Both the position numbers and the translations under genes were made by a program. A stretch of 45,772 nt of DNA, from assembly GCA_026982075.1 (NCBI GenBank), contig JALSHU010000089.1:1-45772 (forward strand), read 5' to 3'. The notes under the pieces are model-generated. The model searched no databases, was not told the origin of the DNA, and saw nothing but the letters and a program-made list of their open reading frames with translations. Source of the stretch: Sulfurovum sp. (GTDB lineage Bacteria; Campylobacterota; Campylobacteria; Campylobacterales; Sulfurovaceae). How positions within the stretch are numbered: the stretch's first letter is position 1; every line of letters starts with the position of its first letter. Of the stretch, positions 1-9,980 are shown piece by piece.

Positions 1-119
1 TGCTTCTTATTAAAGGTTTTGGACTTATCTCTTATGACAGAGATATCACAGAAATGGCAAAGAAGATATCTATCCTGGAAAATTCTTGTAGATTGTTAGC
101 TTTATCAGCAAACCTCTAA
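1..119 (+). CDS. C-terminal fragment of a class II aldolase/adducin-domain protein (5'-truncated by window edge)
   Basis: Frame +3 reads LLIKGFGLISYDRDITEMAKKISILENSCRLLALSANL* with TAA at 117-119; resembles the class II aldolase C-terminus. Not in the ORF track. Confidence 0.6.
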   Translation, partial: LLIKGFGLISYDRDITEMAKKISILENSCRLLALSANL

Positions 120-122
120 GTT

Positions 123-581
123 TTATCTATTATATACAGTTTCACGTAGGTTTTCACTCACAAGGGTGACTGTATGTGTCGTAGCATTTTTAACAATGCT
201 TATACGTATAGGTTCATGATGAAACTTGTCTTTAAAATAATTTGACAAGTTTTCTAAAGATTCTTGAGAGATTAAGTGTACTTCTTTAGCATAGGGTACT
301 TCAATCTTTTTGATGACAACGACTAAAATATTATCCCTATTTTTCCAAATTCCTGATGCTTCAATATGTAAATCTTTTACATAAGCGTCATTTTTTTGTA
401 TACTTACCAACAATACAATAGAAAAAGTATGGTTTGCCCTCAGATTTAAATATTCTTTTTCTATTGTATCTGTCCCATTATTTGTACTTTGTGTTACAGC
501 CTGCCAGTTACCCACCAAATCAGATGGGCTTAATGCATAAAGATAAAAGACATTCAAAAGTAATAATATAAAAACTTTCAT
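123..581 (-). CDS. Secreted hypothetical protein, possibly a lipocalin-like beta barrel
   Basis: Signal peptide MKVFILLLLNVFYLYA followed by LVGNW (GxW motif); beta-strand-rich pattern. Confidence 0.6.
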   Translation of the reverse strand: MKVFILLLLNVFYLYALSPSDLVGNWQAVTQSTNNGTDTIEKEYLNLRANHTFSIVLLVSIQKNDAYVKDLHIEASGIWKNRDNILVVVIKKIEVPYAKEVHLISQESLENLSNYFKDKFHHEPIRISIVKNATTHTVTLVSENLRETVYNR

Positions 582-701
582 AAATTTTCCTACGATTAAT
601 TACCTTATATTATATGAAGATATTACTGTGAAATATCTGTAAACAGTTTTGTAAAGCTATGTTTTGTTATACTTGTCAAATTATAAATGAGGATAAAATG
701 T

Positions 702-1949
702 ATGAATCAAACAAAAAAAAGATTGACGATTATAAACCTTGCAATCTCGATCACTGACATAGAAGCCATACAGCTTCAAGTCTTAAAACTTGGTCTACTG
801 AAAACAGATGATAAAATCAGAGAAATACTTTCTATGCTCAATGAACAAAATTATGCACAGGCACAAAGACTTATTTCTGAATACATTAAAGCACCAAATG
901 GAACTGTACTCCAAAGGACATCACAAGAAGAAAACTTTAATACCGATTCTGAGGAAATCACACATAATACTCCAGAGACTCTCAATGAAGATCAAGATAT
1001 TATAGAGGAATTTAACCTGTTCACAGAAAGTACTCAAGAGCCAGAAAATGAAGCAGTAAATTATGACAGTTTTTTAGATCTTGCTATAAAACCCAAAAAG
1101 CTCTCTTCAGAATCAATCAACTATGACACTTTACTTAATGTGGCTGCGGATGAAATACTACCTGAGAATATAGCATTAGATATCACACAAAAATCAAAAG
1201 AAACATTTTTTGAAGAAACTTCTTCTATCATTCAGAATGCTGATGACTTTTTTGATAATACCCATCCAATCGAAGAAGAAACACACGAAAACCCTATAGA
1301 AAACTTTTCTTCAAAAGAATCAACATTAGATACAATGATAGATAAAAAAACCGTAGATGATGACATACCAGAGACCGTGACAACACCTGAAATACAAACA
1401 GAAGAAGAGTCATTAGAACTCCATTATAAGCCTATCCCTTACATAGATCAAAAATTTAATCATCTATGCACACAGTACCCACCTATAGAGCTGACAAAAA
1501 ATCGTTATTTTTCTGTAGAAAACTGGCTACTTCAAATTTCTACAGAGGGATATACGGAAACTGAAATTGAAACACGTATTCAAGAAGTCAATACCTTGGC
1601 ACACACGAATATATCTGAAGCCGGACAACTTTTACTTGCCACTGCTTCTACTGAGTCAAAATATGCACAATTCATCATGGCAAGAGCCCTATATACAGGA
1701 GATATCCTTCAAAAAAATATATCTGAAGCTGTTGAGATAATCAAACAACTAGCAATCAATGATGATTATGCCGAGGCTATTTGTGATTTAGGACAATTTT
1801 ATGAAAATGGACTTGTTGTTGATAAAGATAAGGAAAAAGCTAAATTACTCTATAAAAAAGCTATCGATTTAGGCATCCAAAGAGCAGTCAAGCATTATGA
1901 TAGAGTCCATAAAAAGAATAACGGTCTATTTTCTTTTTTGAAAAAATAG
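702..1949 (+). CDS. Sel1/TPR-repeat protein with a long acidic linker
   Basis: C-terminal Sel1-like repeats (AQFIMARALYTG, AICDLGQFYENGLVVDKDKEKAKLLYKKAIDLG). Start moved from 687 to ATG 702 because GAGGA lies at 689-693; TGnTATACT at 665-673. Confidence 0.75.
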   Translation: MNQTKKRLTIINLAISITDIEAIQLQVLKLGLLKTDDKIREILSMLNEQNYAQAQRLISEYIKAPNGTVLQRTSQEENFNTDSEEITHNTPETLNEDQDIIEEFNLFTESTQEPENEAVNYDSFLDLAIKPKKLSSESINYDTLLNVAADEILPENIALDITQKSKETFFEETSSIIQNADDFFDNTHPIEEETHENPIENFSSKESTLDTMIDKKTVDDDIPETVTTPEIQTEEESLELHYKPIPYIDQKFNHLCTQYPPIELTKNRYFSVENWLLQISTEGYTETEIETRIQEVNTLAHTNISEAGQLLLATASTESKYAQFIMARALYTGDILQKNISEAVEIIKQLAINDDYAEAICDLGQFYENGLVVDKDKEKAKLLYKKAIDLGIQRAVKHYDRVHKKNNGLFSFLKK

Positions 1950-2145
1950 ATTTATAACTTTCAATTACTACTTCGTATAGAGCTTAAATCATAATTTGTT
2001 TATTATTGTCTTTGAATGACTAAAAAATTTTACCCAGCATATCACTATATGTTATTGAGATAGACATGCTCTCCATTTCAATTACTATTACAAGTTTATT
2101 TGGTAAAATATTATACAAATTTTTAGATTAGAAGGTAGAGACAAT

Positions 2146-3621
2146 ATGATAAGTTGGATGCAAAAACACAATAAATACCTCGTTTGGACCATATGGATAG
2201 CGACTATAGCATTTATTGGTGCAGGTTTTGTTGGTTGGGGAAGTTATAACTTTGGTTCAAGTGCAGGCAGCGTAGCAAAAGTAGGTAATATTGAAATCAA
2301 ACAAACGAAACTCAATATGGTGTATAGTAACCTTTATAATCAATATAATCAAATGCTTGAAGGAAAACTTGACGAACAAAAAGCTAAAGAAATGGGTCTT
2401 GTAAAACAGGCTTTTTCAACGTTAGCTATGCAGGCTAAGATTCTTAATTTTGCTAAAGACTCTGGTATAGTTGTATCAGATAATGAACTCATCAAACAAC
2501 TTGAACAGATCAAAGGGTTTCAAAAAGATGGTGTATTTAATAAAGATATTTATAATGGGTACTTGAAATCACAGCGATTAAAAGCAAAAGACTTTGAAGA
2601 AACGCTAAAAGAAGAGCTGATACTACAAAAAACCCTATCTCTTTTAGAAACTAAAACATTCCCATTGGAAGTCGATTCAGCTGGTACTGCAATGAATGTT
2701 TCAGATAAAATTTTATATAAAGTACTTACAGAAAGTGATGTAAGCTATGTCTCTGATGACATAAAAGTAAAAGCATTTTGGGAAACACAAAAAGAACATT
2801 ATATGACTATAAAAGAATATAACCTGTCCCTCGTCTGGACAGCGAGTAATGATATAAATGTTAGTGATGAAGAATTATTAAACTATTATGAGACAAACAG
2901 CTTTAACTATACAAATAAAAAAGGCAAACAACTCTCTTTTGAAGAAGCAAAAGAGACTGTAAATGTGGACTTAAAACTTAAGAAAACAAAGAAATCAGCA
3001 CAAAAAGCATATATCGGATTCAAGAAAGGATCTTTACAAAATGTGGAAACTGTTTTACTGCCTCTTGGAGATAAGAAGTTGACTTCACGATTATGGAAAG
3101 AAATCCAAGAAAAATCTATAGGTGACATACTTAAACCTAAAATTGTAGGTACACAATATGTTACAGTAAAAATTAATAGCATAAAAAAGCCTCAAGTCAT
3201 GACCTATGAACAAGCCAAAGAAGAAGTAACAAAAGTATTTGATACACAAGCAAAAAAAGAGGCTCTCTTCAAACTTGCTGAAACAACACTTGAAAAACTC
3301 AAAGAGAGTAACCCAATAGTATCTGATTTTGTTAATTTAAGTAAAAATGACAACTTAGAATCATTGAATTCACAAGAAAGTTTACAATTTTTACAAAAAC
3401 TCTTTACATCTAATAAAGAAAAAGGTATCATAAGCGTATTAGAAAAAGTGATTGTTTACAATATCATAGAACAAAAACTGATTTCGATGGATGAAAACCA
3501 GACAGATTTTGTAAAACAAACTGTCAATCAGATAAAAAAGAAAACATTTGAATCCAATCTTTTACAATTGCTAGACAAGCAATATCCAACTGAAGTCTAT
3601 ATGGGAGGACTTATACATTGA
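2146..3621 (+). CDS. PpiD/SurA-N-domain periplasmic chaperone (peptidylprolyl isomerase family)
   Basis: N-terminal TM anchor (LVWTIWIATIAFIGAGFVGWG) then VAKVGNIEI and a SurA_N-like region; lies directly upstream of ftsA-ftsZ; TGnTAAAAT at 2101-2109. Confidence 0.85.
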   Translation: MISWMQKHNKYLVWTIWIATIAFIGAGFVGWGSYNFGSSAGSVAKVGNIEIKQTKLNMVYSNLYNQYNQMLEGKLDEQKAKEMGLVKQAFSTLAMQAKILNFAKDSGIVVSDNELIKQLEQIKGFQKDGVFNKDIYNGYLKSQRLKAKDFEETLKEELILQKTLSLLETKTFPLEVDSAGTAMNVSDKILYKVLTESDVSYVSDDIKVKAFWETQKEHYMTIKEYNLSLVWTASNDINVSDEELLNYYETNSFNYTNKKGKQLSFEEAKETVNVDLKLKKTKKSAQKAYIGFKKGSLQNVETVLLPLGDKKLTSRLWKEIQEKSIGDILKPKIVGTQYVTVKINSIKKPQVMTYEQAKEEVTKVFDTQAKKEALFKLAETTLEKLKESNPIVSDFVNLSKNDNLESLNSQESLQFLQKLFTSNKEKGIISVLEKVIVYNIIEQKLISMDENQTDFVKQTVNQIKKKTFESNLLQLLDKQYPTEVYMGGLIH

Positions 3622-5024
3622 GTGAAACAATTTTAGCTATAGATATCGGTTCAACTAAAATATGTGCGATAATAGCTGAAGTTGAAGACTCAAAAGTCAA
3701 AATACAAGGTCATGGAATCTCTAAGTCCCAAGGGATTAAAAAAGGTGCCATCACCAATATAGAGCTTTCTTCAAAGTCTATTAAAAAAGCTATCAATGAT
3801 GCAAAACGTATAGCCGGAAGCAACATCAATTCTGCAACAGTTTCTATTTCAAATGCTTATGCTAAATCTTTAAACTCTACAGGTGTTGTCAACATACCGC
3901 ATAAAGACATCTCTATTAAAGAAATAAACCGTGTCATGCAAACAGCCCTTTACAATGCAAATGTACCAAATGAATATGAAGTTGTTCATGTTCTTCCATA
4001 TAACTTCAGAGTAGATGATCAAGATTTTATTGAAGATCCATTTGGTATGAATGCTTCCCGTATGGAAGTAGATGTCAACATTATCATGACACAAAAATCA
4101 AACCTGTCTAATCTTAAAAAAGCTGTACGCTCTGCAGGTATTGAAATCGATGGTGTTGTATTAAGCGGTTATGCTTCAGCAATTGCTACCATTAATGAAG
4201 ATGAAAAAGAACTTGGTGTTGCGGTCATAGACTTAGGTGGACAAACCAGTAACTTAGTTATACATACAGGTAACTCTATTCGGTACAATGACTTTTTAGG
4301 TGTAGGATCAAACCACATTACAAATGATTTATCCATGGCGCTACACACGCCACTTCAAATTGCTGAAAATGTCAAAATACGTCATGGGAATCTTATAGAA
4401 ACAAGTAATGAAGTGATAGAACTACCAATCATTGGAGATGAAGATAACCGTAATGGTGTCTCTTTAGAGATTGTTCATTCTGTTATTTTTTCACGTGTAG
4501 AAGAAGCACTTATGATATTGGCAAATTCACTTGAAAAATCTGCACTTAAAGAACAAATAGGTGCTGGAATTATATTGACAGGTGGTATGACTAAACTCAA
4601 AGGCATTAGAGAATTGGCACAATCTATCTTTTCCGCTATGCCCGTACGTATAGCTAAAGCCTCTGATGATATAGAGGGACTTTTTGATGAACTTAAAGAC
4701 CCTGCATATTCGACAGTACTTGGTTTACTACTATATAAATCAGGGAAACATACACAATATGAGATTAATTTTCTACAGGAACTCTTACACTCTAAAACTG
4801 TGTATGAGGAAAATCTCAATGATATTAAAATTGCCAATACCATTAACGAAGTCGAAGATATAAAGTTATCGAAGCAAAACAACAAAGAGCTACTAGTTGA
4901 GAAGAAACAAAAAATAAAACCTACAGATCCGGATGCATTTTCTTTTGATGATTTACCAGATATTTCAGAAGAGAATAATAATCCGTTTAAAAAATTAGCA
5001 AGCTGGGCAAAACAACTTTTTTAA
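3618..5024 (+). CDS. ftsA: Cell division protein FtsA
   Basis: AIDIGSTKI, VIDLGGQTS, ILTGGMTKL actin-fold motifs; C-terminal amphipathic helix PFKKLASWAKQLF; TTG start overlapping the upstream stop. Confidence 0.97.
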   Translation: MSETILAIDIGSTKICAIIAEVEDSKVKIQGHGISKSQGIKKGAITNIELSSKSIKKAINDAKRIAGSNINSATVSISNAYAKSLNSTGVVNIPHKDISIKEINRVMQTALYNANVPNEYEVVHVLPYNFRVDDQDFIEDPFGMNASRMEVDVNIIMTQKSNLSNLKKAVRSAGIEIDGVVLSGYASAIATINEDEKELGVAVIDLGGQTSNLVIHTGNSIRYNDFLGVGSNHITNDLSMALHTPLQIAENVKIRHGNLIETSNEVIELPIIGDEDNRNGVSLEIVHSVIFSRVEEALMILANSLEKSALKEQIGAGIILTGGMTKLKGIRELAQSIFSAMPVRIAKASDDIEGLFDELKDPAYSTVLGLLLYKSGKHTQYEINFLQELLHSKTVYEENLNDIKIANTINEVEDIKLSKQNNKELLVEKKQKIKPTDPDAFSFDDLPDISEENNNPFKKLASWAKQLF

Positions 5025-5056
5025 AAATATGAATACATCACAACAAAGGGGAAGAG

Positions 5057-6211
5057 ATGGAAGAGTTTGAAATAGATATAATCGAAACAAAATGTCAAAC
5101 AAATGGCGCAAAAATTAAAGCTATTGGTGTTGGTGGCGGTGGTGGGAATATGATTAACCATATGATCAATGAAGGTATCAATACCATTGATCTTATCGTA
5201 GCAAATACAGATTCTCAAGCACTAGATTCATCACTTGCACCATTTAAGATGCAGTTAGGTATCAACGCTACTAGAGGTTTGGGTGCAGGAATGATTCCAG
5301 ATAAAGGAAGAGAAGCGGCACTTGAAAGTTTTGAAGATATTAAAGAGATGCTTGAAGGTGCAGATATTGTTTTCATCTCAGCAGGTCTTGGTGGAGGTAC
5401 AGGTACAGGAGCCGCACCAATTATTGCTCAGGCTGCTAAAGAAGTCGGAGCACTCACAGTAGCTATCGTAACGAGTCCTTTCAAATTTGAAGGTCGTAAA
5501 CGTACAAAACTTGCAAGAGAGGGCTTGGAAGAACTTAAACGTGAGAGTGATTCTATCATTGTTGTGCCAAATGAAAAACTTCTTTCTATTGTTGAAAAAA
5601 ACCTTGGTATTAAAGAGAGTTTTAGAATGGTAGATGATATTCTTGCTCAAGCTGTTGGAGGGATTTCTAAAGTCATTCTCTCACATGGGGATAATGATAT
5701 TAACCTTGACTTTGCCGATGTTAAAACAGTGATGTCTCATAGAGGGCTGGCACTTATGGGTGCTGGTTATAGTGTAGGAACAAATGCTGCTTATGATGCT
5801 GCGAAAGCTGCTATCGAGTCTCCTCTTCTTGACAACATCTCTATAGATGGTGCTATGGGCGTATTGGTACACTTTGATATTCATCCTGACTATCCTATCA
5901 TGGAGATTGGTGAAGCGATGAGTATCATAGAAGAAAGTGCAGATGAAGATGCATCTGTGATTTTTGGTACAACAACCAATCCAAGCATGGATATAGATGA
6001 AGTAAAAATCACTATTGTTGCAACTGGATTTGAAGATAAGAATGCAATCGCAGAACCAACAACTGTAAAAAAGCAAGAAACTCTTTTAAGTTCAAACACG
6101 ACCAATATTAACACTATCAGATCTGCTAACAAAATGGTTGTAGGTGGTTACAATGGTGACAATGAAGACATTTTAGATGTACCGACATTTCTTAGAAAAC
6201 AAATGGACTAA
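5057..6211 (+). CDS. ftsZ: Cell division protein FtsZ
   Basis: GVGGGGGN, tubulin signature [16 protein letters not shown]-terminal [12 protein letters not shown]. Confidence 0.99.
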   Translation: MEEFEIDIIETKCQTNGAKIKAIGVGGGGGNMINHMINEGINTIDLIVANTDSQALDSSLAPFKMQLGINATRGLGAGMIPDKGREAALESFEDIKEMLEGADIVFISAGLGGGTGTGAAPIIAQAAKEVGALTVAIVTSPFKFEGRKRTKLAREGLEELKRESDSIIVVPNEKLLSIVEKNLGIKESFRMVDDILAQAVGGISKVILSHGDNDINLDFADVKTVMSHRGLALMGAGYSVGTNAAYDAAKAAIESPLLDNISIDGAMGVLVHFDIHPDYPIMEIGEAMSIIEESADEDASVIFGTTTNPSMDIDEVKITIVATGFEDKNAIAEPTTVKKQETLLSSNTTNINTIRSANKMVVGGYNGDNEDILDVPTFLRKQMD

Positions 6212-6353
6212 CTTAAGTTTCACAGTATAAACCTTATGTATGGAGAAACTCTTCCTTCTCTGTGCATCCCTTTTCATGAATACTCCTCTTTTACTCTCCC
6301 ATATTAACCATTTTTTTGCTATGATACATGAAATATTTTTTTAGGAATCATAG

Positions 6354-6929
6354 ATGAAATATATTACTAAACTTTCAACGCTTGCAGTAACAGGCTTAGG
6401 TGCAGTATTGGTTACAGGCGTTACAGGCTGTACCCAACAGACACAAGAACAACAACAGGCAAAAGGTGCATTTGTTATCATAGAAGAAACCGCACCTGGA
6501 CGTTACCAAATAAAAGATGAATTCCCTGCAGATGAGACACGCATCGTACTCAAAAAACTAGATGGTACAGAACAAGTACTTACACAAGCTCAACTCGATG
6601 TACTCATCAAGGAAGAAGCAGCTAAAATAGACAATGGTACATCTAACCTCACAAAAGAGCAAAACCCTCAAGTGCAGCAACAAGGTATGGGTCTTGGTGA
6701 GACCATTATGGCAAGTATGGCAGGAGCCATGCTAGGTGCATGGATAGGTAACAAATTGTTTGGCAACCAAAACTACCAAAATAATAGAAAAGCAGGATAT
6801 AAATCTCCTTCTACTTACTCAAAAAGTAAAAAAAGCTTTTCTCAACCTAGAAAAACAAGTGCAAAAAAAGGTGGTTTCTTTGGAAACAAAAAGTCTGCTG
6901 GGAAAAAAGGTGGTTTCTTCGGTGGTTAA
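6354..6929 (+). CDS. UPF0323-family lipoprotein (Cj0371/HP0232-like)
   Basis: Lipobox VTGC; KGAFVIIEE; Gly-zipper-like LGETIMASMAGAMLGAWIGNKLFG; Lys/Ser-rich tail; TGnTATGAT at 6317-6325; adjacent to a Gsp-synthetase-like gene. Confidence 0.85.
   Translation: MKYITKLSTLAVTGLGAVLVTGVTGCTQQTQEQQQAKGAFVIIEETAPGRYQIKDEFPADETRIVLKKLDGTEQVLTQAQLDVLIKEEAAKIDNGTSNLTKEQNPQVQQQGMGLGETIMASMAGAMLGAWIGNKLFGNQNYQNNRKAGYKSPSTYSKSKKSFSQPRKTSAKKGGFFGNKKSAGKKGGFFGG
6864..6919 (+). repeat. 17-bp direct repeat AAAAAAGGTGGTTTCTT (6864-6880 and 6903-6919) encoding the duplicated KKGGFFG motif
   Basis: Read directly from the sequence. Confidence 0.9.
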
Positions 6930-8097
6930 TTTACAAAAAACAGCACCTTTAGATACAAAGTATCTAGAGTCAATTGGTTTTGTCTGGCACACAGACTCAG
7001 ATGAAAGCTCTTATATTTCAGATGAACTTGTTGTTTTGTCGGAAAAAGAAGCAGAAGCATATTATCAAGCCACCAACACACTTTATGACATGTATATAGA
7101 GGCTGCTGAACACGTGATAGAAAACAACCTATTTCATGAAATAGGTATCCCTTTTAATCTTGTAGATATCATCAAGGAATCATGGGAAAATGATGTACAT
7201 TGGCACCTATATGGGAGATTTGACCTCTCAGGTGGACTAAATAACACTCCTATCAAGCTACTAGAATTTAATGCGGATACCCCAACTGCTCTTTTTGAGA
7301 CTGCTATTGTTCAATGGGCGATGCTTAAACAAAACGGCTTAGAAGAATCAAGTCAATTTAATACCACATACGAAGCCTTACTTGACAACTTCAAAAGACT
7401 TGTAACCTTGGAAAAAGATGTCTCTACTTTTGAAGAACGTTATGATGGATGGAAATTTCTCTTTACCTCTATTCGTGGTAACTCTGAAGAAGAAAACACC
7501 GTACGTCTTCTGCAACATATTGCAACAGAAGCAGGCTTTGAGACAACGTTTGCTTTTATGGATGATGTAGAGTTTGATGATGAAGGTATTTATTACCAAG
7601 ATAAAAGCTACGAGCTATGGTTCAAACTGATTCCATGGGAAGACATAGCCTTGGAAGAGTCAGACTTATCAATGATACTAAAAAATATTATTATCAATCA
7701 AAAAGCTATCATTTTCAACCCAGCCTACACCCTACTCTTCCAAAGTAAAGGACTGCTCAAAATCTTATGGGATTTATATCCTAATCATCCTCTACTACTA
7801 GAGAGTGCTTTTGAGCCACTAGAAGGACAGAAACAGGTCAAAAAGCCCGTATTTGGTAGAGAAGGAGGCAATGTAAGCATACTAGATGAAAATGCCTTAG
7901 AACTACACTCAGTAGATGGCGACTACGCTAACCATAAAGTGCTCTACCAATCCTACACCGAACTTCCAACCGATGCAAATGGTGACAGCTATCAAGCAGG
8001 TGTATTTTATGCCTATGAAGCTTGTGGTCTTGGATTTAGAAAAGGTGGGAAGATACTTGATAATGGGTCTAAGTTTGTGGGGCATTTGGTAAAGTAG
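6922..8097 (+). CDS. Glutathionylspermidine synthetase-like ATP-grasp ligase (YgiC/YjfC/Cj0372-like)
   Basis: LYGRFDL, KLLEFNADTPT, KKPVFGREG motifs. Probable start is GTG 6922 (MVNLQK), overlapping the lipoprotein stop, rather than 6760. Confidence 0.9.
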   Translation: MVNLQKTAPLDTKYLESIGFVWHTDSDESSYISDELVVLSEKEAEAYYQATNTLYDMYIEAAEHVIENNLFHEIGIPFNLVDIIKESWENDVHWHLYGRFDLSGGLNNTPIKLLEFNADTPTALFETAIVQWAMLKQNGLEESSQFNTTYEALLDNFKRLVTLEKDVSTFEERYDGWKFLFTSIRGNSEEENTVRLLQHIATEAGFETTFAFMDDVEFDDEGIYYQDKSYELWFKLIPWEDIALEESDLSMILKNIIINQKAIIFNPAYTLLFQSKGLLKILWDLYPNHPLLLESAFEPLEGQKQVKKPVFGREGGNVSILDENALELHSVDGDYANHKVLYQSYTELPTDANGDSYQAGVFYAYEACGLGFRKGGKILDNGSKFVGHLVK

Positions 8098-8920
8098 GCT
8101 GTTGTACTGCTTTACATCCTACAGAAACAATCTCAACTTCATCACTGTCAATCCTTGCAGCGGTAAGCTTGCCACCCCATAAACACCCAGTATCCAAAGC
8201 CAAGACGTTTTCATCATGGTGAAAACCAAGGGTTGACCAGTGACCAAAGATGATTTTCAAATCTATCTCTTTTTTGTTTTTACACTCAAACCAAGGCTTT
8301 AAACCTTTTTTACGTAGTGCATCGGTAGGGCTACCTTTTTGTTTAAAATCAAGCCTATGGTCACCATAACAGTAACGCATACGCGTAAAGCTGGAAATAA
8401 TATATTTATCAATATCAATATCTTCAGCATTTCTGTCAAATCTATCAACACCTTCTTTAAACATCTCTTTTAGCCAAATATCTACATCACAACGTTGTAA
8501 TCTAGACTCTAACCGTTCTGCATAACTTAATGCCATTCCCAAATCAAATTCTGGAGAAATTCCTGCATGTGCCATACAATAACCAATTTGATAGTCTACA
8601 TGTAAAAACTTTTGTCCTCTAAGCCAATCTATGAGTTTTTTTGCATTAGGAGAGGTCAATATAGGGTCTATAGTAGGATTGGACTTTTTAATACCATAAT
8701 AAGCTGCTATAAGGGTAATATCATGATTCCCAAGTACTATCTCTACACTGTTACGGATACTGTAAAGGTATTCCAATGTTTCAAGTGACCCTTCTCCACG
8801 GTTAACCAAGTCACCTGCTACCCAGAGCGTATCTGCTTCAGGTCTAAATGCTATTTTCCCTAAAAGCTCCATAAAAGATGTATAACAACCTTGTATATCA
8901 CCTATCGCCCAAACTGCCAT
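8069..8920 (-). CDS. apaH: Symmetrical bis(5'-nucleosyl)-tetraphosphatase
   Basis: GDIQGC, GDLVNRG, LGNHD, HAGI, FTRMRY, FGHWS, LDTGCLWGG. Confidence 0.96.
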   Translation of the reverse strand: MAVWAIGDIQGCYTSFMELLGKIAFRPEADTLWVAGDLVNRGEGSLETLEYLYSIRNSVEIVLGNHDITLIAAYYGIKKSNPTIDPILTSPNAKKLIDWLRGQKFLHVDYQIGYCMAHAGISPEFDLGMALSYAERLESRLQRCDVDIWLKEMFKEGVDRFDRNAEDIDIDKYIISSFTRMRYCYGDHRLDFKQKGSPTDALRKKGLKPWFECKNKKEIDLKIIFGHWSTLGFHHDENVLALDTGCLWGGKLTAARIDSDEVEIVSVGCKAVQQPTLPNAPQT

Positions 8921-9408
8921 TAGACGTACCCTAATGCTTTTTTATAGGCTTCAACTTTTACTTCAAATTTCATGGCTGCATAAGCTGAAGAAGGAGAAGG
9001 TAAATATACTGTCTCTATCTCCAGGTGCGAAAAATGTGTTTTAAAAAGTGCTTCTGCTTTTTTACCTGTAAAAGCTAGCTTATTAATACTCGGATGTTCT
9101 TCCAAAAAACTTGCGATATCGTTGACCTCTTCGTTTTCCAAAGAGCTGTCAAGTGAGTTGTCACGGCTACACTCTCGTACCATATCCCAAAGTCCTAGTC
9201 TGCACTCTTTAAGAAGCCAAAATTTTTGGTCTAGATTGTTTACAGAGTATGAAGTCATAGCCTCTAGTATTTTCCAAAATTGATTACTTGGATGTGCATA
9301 ATAAAAATTATTTTCAAAAGACTTAATACTGGGAAAAGAACCCAGTATCAACGTCTCAGTATTTTTGTACACAATAGGTTTAAATGGGTGCTCTAATATC
9401 TCATTCAT
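8920..9408 (-). CDS. DNA-deoxyinosine (hypoxanthine) glycosylase, UDG superfamily
   Basis: LILGSFPS, YYAHPSNQFW, GLWD, SLDS, LPSPS motifs. Confidence 0.88.
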   Translation of the reverse strand: MNEILEHPFKPIVYKNTETLILGSFPSIKSFENNFYYAHPSNQFWKILEAMTSYSVNNLDQKFWLLKECRLGLWDMVRECSRDNSLDSSLENEEVNDIASFLEEHPSINKLAFTGKKAEALFKTHFSHLEIETVYLPSPSSAYAAMKFEVKVEAYKKALGYV

Positions 9409-9412
9409 AAAC

Positions 9413-9892
9413 TTATTTACAAGCTTTTCTCATGTTTTGTACAATAAGCACTAACAATGCCAAAGCAAAAATCTTAGAATTCAATTCTGAGCCTTTATGT
9501 GTATTTAGAAAAGCAACTGACGTTGTCATCTCTTCACCTTGCGCCTGCATTGCAATGATATCGGGAATATAATACTGAGCAAATAAAAGCCCTGTAGCCA
9601 AAACAAAAAAAGTTGCTATCGTTGTCACAGTATCACGTTCAAATTTTTTAAATTTGTACCCTTCATAAAACACCACCACAACTATCAGTAGATTGACAAT
9701 ATAGGATAAACGTAAAAAGTTTTCTGTCATTACCTGCCCTTCTTGAAACTGCGTCAAAAGTTCAGCTCCTACATACAAGTGTGTATTAAAGGTTACGGAG
9801 GTCACTACGATACCAGCATAAAGCATCATACCTAGTACCATAGAAGTAAAAATGAGGTATCCCATAGTTGTCATTTTAAAATATTGATTCAT
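9413..9892 (-). CDS. DUF4149-like four-helix membrane protein
   Basis: Four hydrophobic segments; LLTQFQEGQVMTENFLR and FLNTHKGSE motifs. Confidence 0.7.
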   Translation of the reverse strand: MNQYFKMTTMGYLIFTSMVLGMMLYAGIVVTSVTFNTHLYVGAELLTQFQEGQVMTENFLRLSYIVNLLIVVVVFYEGYKFKKFERDTVTTIATFFVLATGLLFAQYYIPDIIAMQAQGEEMTTSVAFLNTHKGSELNSKIFALALLVLIVQNMRKACK

Positions 9893-9980
9893 TTAATTCC
9901 TTTATTCACTTTTTTAAGCCTAACGGCAAAATATAATCGTATTATTATTTGGCTTATTATAATGTAATGCTACTCACATC

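Noticed and set aside
6760-6921. 54-aa N-terminal extension of the Gsp-like ORF
   Set aside because: It overlaps the lipoprotein in another frame and is low-complexity; GTG 6922 gives ordinary translational coupling.
8069-8097. 29-bp convergent overlap of apaH and the Gsp-like gene (also 4-bp overlaps at 28048-28051 and 31143-31146)
   Set aside because: Short 3' overlaps are routine in compact genomes; no evidence of function.
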